Assembly (NCBI GenBank): GCA_963828195.1
Contig: CAWHDT010000004.1
Span: forward strand, 1 to 64,000
Source of the DNA: Candidatus Bathyarchaeota archaeon
GTDB taxonomy: Archaea > Thermoproteota > Bathyarchaeia > Bathyarchaeales > Bathycorpusculaceae
Reading direction: 5' to 3'
DNA length: 64,000 nucleotides
Below are positions 27,650 to 36,074 of the stretch, in pieces. The position numbers and the translations under genes are program-made. Every line of letters begins with the position of its first letter. Position 1 is the first letter of the stretch. The notes beneath the pieces are model-generated. The model had not been told where the DNA came from and made no database searches. It saw only the letters and a list, made by a program, of their open reading frames with translations.

Positions 27650-27844
27650 ACGCCGAAGAAAGGCTATAAAAGCATCACTGTGAAGGTTGAGGTTTACGAT
27701 TATTTTTTTAATGAATGGTTGAAGGTCAAAGAGGAATACGCAATTAACAAGGGCATTCACAGCTTCTCAGCCTATATTACCTACCTCTTGGCCCAAATGA
27801 TAAGCGAAGAAAAGAAACGTAACGGTGAACATAAACCCCGTTAG
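27650..27844 (+). CDS. 64-aa RHH-like protein, paralog of 27374-27514, ACG start (or start-codon mutation)
   Basis: (M)PKKGYKSITVKVEVYDYFFNEWLKVKEEYAINKGIHSFSAYITYLLAQMISEEKKRNGEHKPR; TTATATAA box at ~27605 and GAGGGG RBS; in-frame stop at 27635 leaves ACG as the only start before the conserved N-terminus. Confidence 0.65.
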   Translation, partial: TPKKGYKSITVKVEVYDYFFNEWLKVKEEYAINKGIHSFSAYITYLLAQMISEEKKRNGEHKPR

Positions 27845-27897
27845 AATCCCTACAGCTTTAAATAATTCTTGACATGACATGTCAACGGTGAATAAAA

Positions 27898-28899
27898 ATG
27901 CCTTGCACAGTAATTGTCGGTGCCTTCTGGGGAGACGAAGGTAAAGGAAAAATAATTTCGTACTTGGCTCTTAAAGACAAACTTGATTTCTGCGTGAGAA
28001 CCGGGTCTGTAAATGCAGCACATACGGTTTGGTACGAAGGCAAAAAATACGCTCTGCACATGGTTCCTGCAGCCTTCTTGAACCCTAAAACACGTCTGCT
28101 CATTGCTGCAGGTGCAAACATCCATGTTCAGAAGTTTTTTGAAGAAGTTGAACTTACAAAAGTGCAGGGCAGAATAGGTGTAGACCAGAACGCTTCAATA
28201 ATAGAGGAAAAGCACAGCGCTCAAGACAAGGCTAGCGCCGTCAACAAAGGTATTGGAACTACAGGTTGGGGTGTTGGACCAGCGATTGAAGAACGAGTCC
28301 GACGGACAGCAAAATTAGCCAAAGACGTGCCTGAATTGAACCCGTACCTTACTGATCAAGTGAAAGAAGTCAACGACGGCTTGGATGAAGCAAAAAAAGT
28401 GCTTCTTGAAGGCACGCAAGGATTTATGCTGTCATTGTTCTTGAGTGGCGGCTACCCATACGTGACTGGAAGAGATACAGGTGCATCAGCAATCGCCTCA
28501 GAAGCAGGAGTGGGACCCACAAGAGTTAACGACGTTCTCATCGTATATAAATCATTTATAACAAGAGTCGGCGCGGGGCCGCTGCCTGGAGAAATAACTA
28601 AAGAGGAAGCGCAGAAAAGAGGGTGGTTTGAAGTTGCTGCTGGAACCGGCAGAGACAGACGTTCAGCACCGTTTGATTTTGAGTTAGCAAAAAAAACCGC
28701 CAAGATAAATGGTGCGACGCAGGCGGCGATGACAAAATTGGATAGTATTTATCCAGCCTGCAGAGGCGCCAGACAATGCGTTGACTTGCCGAAGGAGGCA
28801 AAAGACTTCATAGCAGAGGTTGAAAAACAAACAGGCGTGCCCATCGTTTTGATAGGCACGGGACCAGAAGCTATGGAGATAATTGACCGCAGAAAATAG
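27898..28899 (+). CDS. purA: Adenylosuccinate synthetase (short archaeal type)
   Basis: GAFWGDEGKGK, NAAHTV, IGTTG.GVGPA, EGTQG, YPYVT, TRVGAGP. Confidence 0.96.
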   Translation: MPCTVIVGAFWGDEGKGKIISYLALKDKLDFCVRTGSVNAAHTVWYEGKKYALHMVPAAFLNPKTRLLIAAGANIHVQKFFEEVELTKVQGRIGVDQNASIIEEKHSAQDKASAVNKGIGTTGWGVGPAIEERVRRTAKLAKDVPELNPYLTDQVKEVNDGLDEAKKVLLEGTQGFMLSLFLSGGYPYVTGRDTGASAIASEAGVGPTRVNDVLIVYKSFITRVGAGPLPGEITKEEAQKRGWFEVAAGTGRDRRSAPFDFELAKKTAKINGATQAAMTKLDSIYPACRGARQCVDLPKEAKDFIAEVEKQTGVPIVLIGTGPEAMEIIDRRK

Positions 28900-28950
28900 C
28901 AACTCTTATCTTCTAAACTGCAAACTCCCCTTTCAAGGCGCAATGGAATA

Positions 28951-30084
28951 ATGATGTCCAAGGAATTAAATAAAACCTTAGCTAGCTTTCTAATACTCCT
29001 GTTTGCAGCAGGTTTACTTGTTGGAGCATTAGCGAGTTTTTACATCACTGACAATGCAGTGAATAATCTAAACAATCATGTTACAGATTTAGAAAGTCAA
29101 GTTTCTGACAACCAAGGCTTCCAAAACGCCACTTACCAAAATATCACCATTCTTCAGAATGGCACGTCGCTGACAGCTTTATATGAAGATGTACGTAACT
29201 CCATCGTTTTAATAGAAGGCGACATCAGCGGTGGTACGCAGCAGGGATCAGGTTTCGTCTACGATTTTCAAGGCAGCACTGTGGTATTAACGAATTACCA
29301 TGTTGTTCAGGGCACCACTAACTTAAGCGTCACCTTCGCAGATGGAAACGGCTACTCAGCTAAAGTTCTGGGAACAGACCCATACTCCGACTTGGCAGTT
29401 CTCTCCGTTAATGCGCCTGCGTCAGAGTTTAAACCGCTTGACATCGTAAGTTCCTCAACATTAGTTGTGGGAGAATCAGTCATAGCAATTGGGAACCCCT
29501 ATGGACTCGTAGGTTCTTTGACAACCGGAGTAGTAAGCGCTCTAGGACGAACAATAACAGAAGACATAGCTGGAAACTACGCAATTGCTAACATCATTCA
29601 AACAAGCACGCCCATAAACCCCGGAAATTCAGGAGGCCCCCTGCTGAACGCAGCGGGAAACGTTGTCGGCATTACAACAGCAATAGTTTCTAACTCACAA
29701 GGATTAGGCTTTGCCATTCCCTCGGATACCATTCTGAAGGAAATAGATGATTTGATAACAAACGGCTCTTACAATGGGCACTCATATTTAGGAGTCGTAG
29801 GAGAGGATATGAGTTATAGTTTGGCCCAGCAAAGCGGCTCTAGCGTCACTTATGGATGGAAAATTGAGTCCATAGTGAGCGGAGGGCCTTCGGATGGCAA
29901 ATTGAAAGTTAACGACATTATAATTGCTCTCAATAATCAAACAATCACTAACGGCGATGATTTGGCGAGCTATTTGGAAGAAAATACCCTGCCAGGCGAC
30001 AATCTTACGATAACTGTCATTAGAGGAACCTCGCAGATACAGGTAACAGTTGTTCTTGGAGCAAGACCTCCTCCATCAACATAA
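28951..30084 (+). CDS. htrA: HtrA/DegP-family serine protease with PDZ domain, membrane anchored
   Basis: GSGF, TNYHVV, DLAVL, INPGNSGGPL; C-terminal PDZ. Confidence 0.93.
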   Translation: MMSKELNKTLASFLILLFAAGLLVGALASFYITDNAVNNLNNHVTDLESQVSDNQGFQNATYQNITILQNGTSLTALYEDVRNSIVLIEGDISGGTQQGSGFVYDFQGSTVVLTNYHVVQGTTNLSVTFADGNGYSAKVLGTDPYSDLAVLSVNAPASEFKPLDIVSSSTLVVGESVIAIGNPYGLVGSLTTGVVSALGRTITEDIAGNYAIANIIQTSTPINPGNSGGPLLNAAGNVVGITTAIVSNSQGLGFAIPSDTILKEIDDLITNGSYNGHSYLGVVGEDMSYSLAQQSGSSVTYGWKIESIVSGGPSDGKLKVNDIIIALNNQTITNGDDLASYLEENTLPGDNLTITVIRGTSQIQVTVVLGARPPPST

Positions 30085-30241
30085 AAAGAGCACTTGTTTT
30101 TAAGTTTCAACGGAACATCATTGGCCGAAAGAAATGTAACTGCATCTCCAAAAGTAATCGAGGACTATCACTTATACTATTGAACAGTGCGCTTTTTGGT
30201 GCCGACGAATAAGAACGGGTGGCTAAACACGTTTTCGCAAA

Positions 30242-30520
30242 TTAAAGAGATCTTTGTTTTAACGCTTCTTTTTCAAGTTTTAAGTCAACATGGTCTCTTT
30301 CTATAGCCTGATTAACTATCGTTCGATGATAGCATTCTGCACAATAATGTTTTTCATCCATTTCATAAAGCGTTGTTGACACAGCGCCAATCGGTTGATT
30401 GCAACCTGAACAACGAATAAACTTCTTTTCTTTGTTAATGGCCTTTTCAGCCGATTCCGCAGGTGCCTCAAAAACACTCCTTTCTTTGAAAAACTTGTTG
30501 TCCCAACTCACAATTTTCAT
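30242..30520 (-). CDS. Small zinc-finger protein
   Basis: CSGC...HYCAEC, LIM/TRASH-like; AAGGAG RBS. Confidence 0.65.
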   Translation of the reverse strand: MKIVSWDNKFFKERSVFEAPAESAEKAINKEKKFIRCSGCNQPIGAVSTTLYEMDEKHYCAECYHRTIVNQAIERDHVDLKLEKEALKQRSL

Positions 30521-30879
30521 ACTCCTTAAATTGAGACTAGATATTTATTGCGCGATTCACTAAAAAGCTTTTTCAATTTCCGCCAATAAATTAGACTTTA
30601 CATTAATAAGCAAACAAAAAAAAGCTCCGAATAAAAATTGGCTTGACAAAATAACCTTAATTTAATTAAATAATACTCACGCGAATGAGTCAACCAGCCG
30701 TAAACCGATTTTTAGAGCACATTTGATTACACTTGTCTTCCCCTCAATTTAGTTTTAGAAATTTAGGTTCAAATTGACTCATTATACCCACTACATCTTG
30801 AAACCCCGAAACAACCCGGCAACTGTCCGCGTCCAACACCTTTATGTTTGTTTAATCAAATATAAACTGGAGCGTTTTT

Positions 30880-31494
30880 TTGACCGTTACTGAAGAATTA
30901 TCTAAGCTCCAAAGTTATTCAGATGAGCTTGGCATTGACTTATCTAAATCTGAGGATAGGTTCAAACGGTTCTTGGCTTCGGTTCTTTTTGCCAAAAGAA
31001 TCTCAGCTCAAACTGCCAAGGAAACTTACCTTTATTTTGAACGAGAGGATCTGACAAGCCCTGACGCCATTTTAGAAGCTGGGTGGGACCGTCTTGTGGA
31101 AGTTCTTGATTCTGGCGGCTACACTCGATATGACTTTTCAACAGCCACAAACCTTCTAGAAATCTCAAAAATGCTTAAAGAAAAATACGGCGACCTCGAA
31201 AGGCTACATTCGGAATCCAGCAGTCCAGCAGATTTAGAGAGCCGTCTACGAGAGTTCAAAGGTGTTGGCCCTGTAGGTGTAAACATATTTCTGAGGGAAC
31301 TGCGCGGAATATGGGAAAAAGCGAAGCCTAAACCCTCACAGATAGCGGTTATAACGGCTCAAAAGATTGGTCTGAACCCAAAAGACATAGAGCACTACGA
31401 ATCTCAACTCGTTCGATTAAATCTTGAGTACTGCAAAAAACATCGAACATCAGATTGCCCGCTTAAAGACAAATGCCCAGATAAACCACATTAA
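30880..31494 (+). CDS. HhH-GPD superfamily (endonuclease III-like) protein
   Basis: FLASVLFAKRIS, GGYTRYD, FKGVGPVG HhH motif, C-terminal Cys cluster. Confidence 0.85.
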   Translation: MTVTEELSKLQSYSDELGIDLSKSEDRFKRFLASVLFAKRISAQTAKETYLYFEREDLTSPDAILEAGWDRLVEVLDSGGYTRYDFSTATNLLEISKMLKEKYGDLERLHSESSSPADLESRLREFKGVGPVGVNIFLRELRGIWEKAKPKPSQIAVITAQKIGLNPKDIEHYESQLVRLNLEYCKKHRTSDCPLKDKCPDKPH

Positions 31495-31583
31495 AAGAAA
31501 AAAATTTGCAACTGAAATCAATTTGACCCTCGGGTAATATATTGGAAAAGTCTTATTAGCTCACAGAAGCCCCATTTAGATTA

Positions 31584-32936
31584 ATGAAATTTAAGCAACT
31601 GACAGCACTGCTGGTACTACTACTGATTTTACCAATTTTCCTAAATTGCACCTCGCCTGCTAAAGCAGAGACCACGCAAACCTCGCCCAACCTGTACTTT
31701 GGAGTGGACGTCGCCTTCGACAACCTAACTGCAACTGAACAATTGATCGATAACGTTAGTTCCTACACGAATTTCTTCGTAATCGGCTGCACCGCAAACT
31801 TCAATCTAACCAGACTTACTGTCATCAGCTGGTACCTCTACGACAAAGGCTTGAGCTTCATAGTTTACTCTGATATTCCTGGTTACCCAGGAAGTCAATG
31901 GCTTGCAGAGGCCAAGAACAATTGGGGTAACAGTTTTCTGGGAATTTACTATGACGACGAAGAAGGTGGACGACAAATTGACCAGTCAAACAATACAAAC
32001 AATACGTATCCAATTGTGCCAGCGTCGTCTGTCACAGAGGCGCCAACCTATACTTATAGCGACGCTGCAGAAAGCTACGTTAATACCCTGAATTCGTGGT
32101 TAAGCAATGGAACAATGGCAGTTACCAACAGTTTTGCTTACCCGAATGAATTTCAATTGTTTACGTCGGATTATGCCCTTTACTGGTACGACTATGAAGC
32201 TGGGTACAACGCGGTTTTTGCCGAGTTTACCATGAATTATAGCCAGCAACTAAACATTGATCTTGTTAGAGGCGCAGCAACAGTTCAGAACAAGGATTGG
32301 GGCGTCATGATAACTTGGAAATACACTACTCCGCCTTACATGGAAAATGGTACGGACCTCTACAACGACATGGTGCTTGCATACAATAACGGCGCAAAAT
32401 ACATCGTTGTTTTCGACACCAACGAGAACTATACCCAAAATGTTCTTACGCAAACGGTTTCGCAAGGACAGGGAGGGCAACTCGACGCGATGGAACAGTT
32501 TTGGCAATACGTCAAAGCGAACCCCAGATCACCCAGTCCGGTGAGCGAAAGAACAGCGTATGTTCTTCCTGCGGATTATGGCTACGGTTTTCGAGGGCCC
32601 AATGATAAAATCTGGGGACTTTGGCAGGCAGATAATCTTTCCTTGGACCTTAGCATGAGCGTTTCTACACTTATGCAGATGGACGGTGATAAGCTGGACA
32701 TAGTTTATCCGTCACCGACGCTTGAGTCTGCAGGGTACCACAGTGTTATCGAGTGGAATGACCCAACGCTTATACCTACACCATCACCCACCCCTCAAAA
32801 AAATGGTTTCCCCCCGTTTTACACAACCACGATTTACTTCTATGCGGTTGTAGCAGGTCTAGTCGCCGCTGCGGTTGTGTTCACAGCGTTAAAGTTTAAA
32901 AAAAGAGATGACCGCAAAAAGAAAATGATTTCCTAA
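31584..32936 (+). CDS. Secreted, C-terminally anchored protein, possible TIM-barrel glycoside-hydrolase-like fold
   Basis: Signal peptide, GIYYDDEEGG acidic motif, FTSDYALYWYDY, P/T linker, TM, basic tail. Confidence 0.75.
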   Translation: MKFKQLTALLVLLLILPIFLNCTSPAKAETTQTSPNLYFGVDVAFDNLTATEQLIDNVSSYTNFFVIGCTANFNLTRLTVISWYLYDKGLSFIVYSDIPGYPGSQWLAEAKNNWGNSFLGIYYDDEEGGRQIDQSNNTNNTYPIVPASSVTEAPTYTYSDAAESYVNTLNSWLSNGTMAVTNSFAYPNEFQLFTSDYALYWYDYEAGYNAVFAEFTMNYSQQLNIDLVRGAATVQNKDWGVMITWKYTTPPYMENGTDLYNDMVLAYNNGAKYIVVFDTNENYTQNVLTQTVSQGQGGQLDAMEQFWQYVKANPRSPSPVSERTAYVLPADYGYGFRGPNDKIWGLWQADNLSLDLSMSVSTLMQMDGDKLDIVYPSPTLESAGYHSVIEWNDPTLIPTPSPTPQKNGFPPFYTTTIYFYAVVAGLVAAAVVFTALKFKKRDDRKKKMIS

Positions 32937-33088
32937 ATGAATTCCAAGCATTTCTACATTCCAATGCGCCGTTCTGCATGCAAAGTGCGCGGTCTCCATT
33001 CGTTGCAGGGCTATGTTGAATCATGTTTGGCGTTTAATAGGATCATAAAGCAGACCGAGGAGAGACTGTAGCGCACACACAAACACCT

Positions 33089-33260
33089 CTACCTATAGAC
33101 CTACCTACTATTTGCACAAAAAAACGGCAACAAAAAGAAACCGGGCGGAAGAAGAAGAAGAAGAAAAACGATTTCACGGAGCTTCTTCTTCTTTTGAAAT
33201 ATTGCCAAGAAGAACAACAGTTGTTTTTCGGGTGTTGTTGTTCTTTTAAAAATTAAAAAT
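33089..33260 (+). repeat. Dispersed intergenic double-hairpin element, full copy 2
   Basis: 26-nt identity to 2539 leader; hairpin A with (GAA)n expanded; hairpin B AAGAACAACA(33210-33219)/TGTTGTTCTT(33236-33245). Confidence 0.85.
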
Positions 33261-33376
33261 GGCGACAAAATCCGGCTATGTAAAGCAGACAAATCAGGTT
33301 TAAATGGACATTTATAACAAAATTTTATATTCAAACAAACCCATAAAAACCCCGCCCATCACTCAAGCTTGGGCAA

Positions 33377-34864
33377 GTGAGTGTACGCATGCAAAAAAAC
33401 AAAGTTACCAAGGCATTCTTCGGGTTAACCAGCGAGGCGGCTCCTCTGTTAAAGGTTATCGTTCCAGCTCTTTTGATTCTTTTGCTGTTTGCTTCGCAGA
33501 TTACGCCGCTGTATGCCCAGCTTAACTCCGCTAGAAATTTAAGTGGAACGTGGCAAAGCTCGTCCCCAGGCATGTATTATGAAATGGATCCAGCCGGCAC
33601 GGGCATACGCGAAACGGACGTAACCGCAACGTTCGAGATGGATATAACTCAAGAGGGCAACCAAATATCCATAACTTTGGATCTTAACCCTAGCAGTTGG
33701 GTCACAGACCCTGCATACACTCAGGAATATGGTATTCCAGCTGCTCCTGAAATTGCTGGTTCTATAGATTTCTCAGGAACCGTTTCAAGCTCAAGTTTCA
33801 CGGCAACTGAACAAGGCGCCTTAACTCAGGAGCAATTAACTGGTTCGTTCACCTCCGACATTATAACTGCAACGCTGACTGGGAATGGACAGGAAACAAA
33901 CCCCAACGGAATAGTTGTAACGCTAACAAGCTCATCCACACCAACAACAACTTCGGCTCCCACATCCACTCCGGCATCAACACAGCCGACGTTCAACCGC
34001 TTTTTAGGCGCCGTTTCACTGTTTAAAGGCTTGGCATGGTTTACAAATTCAGGCATGAATGTGCCGCTTTCTTCAGGCCAAATGGGCTCGGGAAACACAG
34101 TTTTAACAGGCAACAACTCGATCGTCGGATTCACTTATCCCATGGAGGACGGAACCGTTTATTTAGACGGAAACACCGCTGCCGGATGGGTAGCTCTCAC
34201 ATCTGAACCGGGACCAGAGAACCAAGTCATCTACACAGTTTACCCGTCCAATACTGCTCTGCCCAATAGCTGGGGGACTGAAGGCTGGGAAACAGTTGGT
34301 TCGATGGCGTTGGAAGCTGCTATTGGAGCAGCGGTTTTCGGAGAAGCAGTTGGAACCGCCGCGGCAGTATCGATCATTGTTGAGGGCGGGGTTTTTCTGA
34401 TTCATTCGGGAACAGCATACATAAACGAGCACAGTCCACACCTGATCCAAGTGCCTCAAGGAATAGTTGCAGGCGAAAACACGCAGTACGTTGTCAACGT
34501 CAATGCTGGGGTAACGACTGTTCAAGTTATTGATGGTCCAGTTTACTTCATTGATCCAAGTACAAACAACACAATAACGGTGGAAACAAATCAGATGCTT
34601 ACTCTTCCCGCTGCGGGGCAAAGCGGCTTTAGCGAACAAGAACTACAGTCTGACGTGTCTTCCTTTAGCTCTGCTTCAATAAATCAGTGGTGGACGCAAA
34701 CTACGCCCAATGGTTTAAACGGCTTTTCAAACTTTCTGTCAAGCGATATAATCATAATTGCGGTCGTTATTGCGGCAATAATAATCGCGGTGGCAGCAGT
34801 TGGAGCTGCAAAACGCAAAGGAAACCAGCGGCAACAGCCAAGTTCCCCTCAACAAAAAATCTAA
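33377..34864 (+). CDS. Secreted membrane-anchored protein with FecR-like domain
   Basis: Signal anchor; LSGTW beta domain; T/P linker; G.TVLTG.NS and GENTQYVVNV...TTVQVIDG.V FecR-like motifs; C-terminal TM. Confidence 0.7.
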   Translation: MSVRMQKNKVTKAFFGLTSEAAPLLKVIVPALLILLLFASQITPLYAQLNSARNLSGTWQSSSPGMYYEMDPAGTGIRETDVTATFEMDITQEGNQISITLDLNPSSWVTDPAYTQEYGIPAAPEIAGSIDFSGTVSSSSFTATEQGALTQEQLTGSFTSDIITATLTGNGQETNPNGIVVTLTSSSTPTTTSAPTSTPASTQPTFNRFLGAVSLFKGLAWFTNSGMNVPLSSGQMGSGNTVLTGNNSIVGFTYPMEDGTVYLDGNTAAGWVALTSEPGPENQVIYTVYPSNTALPNSWGTEGWETVGSMALEAAIGAAVFGEAVGTAAAVSIIVEGGVFLIHSGTAYINEHSPHLIQVPQGIVAGENTQYVVNVNAGVTTVQVIDGPVYFIDPSTNNTITVETNQMLTLPAAGQSGFSEQELQSDVSSFSSASINQWWTQTTPNGLNGFSNFLSSDIIIIAVVIAAIIIAVAAVGAAKRKGNQRQQPSSPQQKI

Positions 34865-34979
34865 CTTTTAGAATAACGAAAGGTTCACATTGAACAAAGA
34901 AGAAAAAAATGGACATATTTAGTTAAGCGCCCCTCACGTCAGAGGGAAGGTAAATAAACGCATTTCATCAGAGTTAAGT

Positions 34980-35702
34980 TTGAATAACTGTAAGCGTGAA
35001 GGTATGAGCAGAAAAACGATTTATTTTCAGCACAGCGCCCTTTTCTTCGCCGTGCTTCTTGCTTTATTACTTGCTGTCGTTGGTCTGGTTTTTTTTGGAG
35101 CCATAAGCATCGCCTTCAAAAATATAGGTTTTACACCTTTAATCATCTTCCTGATTTTAATCGGCACATTGATCGGTAGCTTCATCAACATTCCTTTGAT
35201 TAAACTGAAAACAACCGTGCCCATGATCCGAGAGGAAACTGTCAACTGGTTTGGCATAACCTACCGCATCCCCCAAGTCGAGTACGGAGAAACCGTCACG
35301 TTACTTGCAGTTAACGTTGGAGGCGCATTGATACCGACAGGCGTCTGCATTTACCTGCTCATCAAATCAGTGCCTTCAATGATTTTCCTCAGTTTAATCG
35401 GCGTATTAGCCGTTGCGTTAGTGACTCATTTAGTGGCACGACCCGTAAAGGGTGTGGGGATAACTACGCCAATATTTATTCCGCCGATAGCCGCGGCAGT
35501 ATCCGCCCTAATTCTTTCACCTGCGCACCCAATAACAATCGCGTACGTGTCAGGGGTCCTTGGTGCACTCATAGGAGCTGACCTCTCAAACCTTAGAAAG
35601 ATCCCAAAGCTCGGCGCACCAATGGCCAGCATCGGAGGAGCAGGCACCTTCGACGGAGTGTTCTTAACCGGTATAATCGCTGTGCTTCTTGCCGGATTGT
35701 AA
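34980..35702 (+). CDS. DUF1614 membrane protein
   Basis: GSFINIP, AVNVGGALIP, ARPVKGVGI, GALIGADL, SIGGAGTFDGVFL. Confidence 0.92.
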   Translation: MNNCKREGMSRKTIYFQHSALFFAVLLALLLAVVGLVFFGAISIAFKNIGFTPLIIFLILIGTLIGSFINIPLIKLKTTVPMIREETVNWFGITYRIPQVEYGETVTLLAVNVGGALIPTGVCIYLLIKSVPSMIFLSLIGVLAVALVTHLVARPVKGVGITTPIFIPPIAAAVSALILSPAHPITIAYVSGVLGALIGADLSNLRKIPKLGAPMASIGGAGTFDGVFLTGIIAVLLAGL

Positions 35703-36074
35703 AATAAAGCGGTTTTGCAAACGCCTGAAACTTAGCACCGATAATTAGGAAGCATCCTGTATTCCATTGAAATCAATTTATGCCGTTTATACTTATTTGG
35801 ACGCTGAAACCTGTGACGCCTACTTCATTTGGAGATACTGTTAGGGTCAGGATTGCGGATGCGATGTTCCAGCTGCAACGTGGCCTCATTATTTTGGCTG
35901 CGCAATGTAATTATTGAACAACACAAATGCACTTCGAAACCAAAAAGCCACATTATTTGCTTAGCCGTAAGTAACAGCGAATCTCCAGAATAAAATTTGC
36001 AGAAAAAGCTTGAAAGTGTGCCCAATAAACCAAGCGATTTAAATTTATGCCTGCAAGAGATATGAAGGGCCGGA

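Noticed and set aside
35800-35825. TGACGCCTAC resembling the 3' end of a fluoride riboswitch
   Set aside because: No matching 5' GATGG..TTC element and no fluoride-related gene downstream
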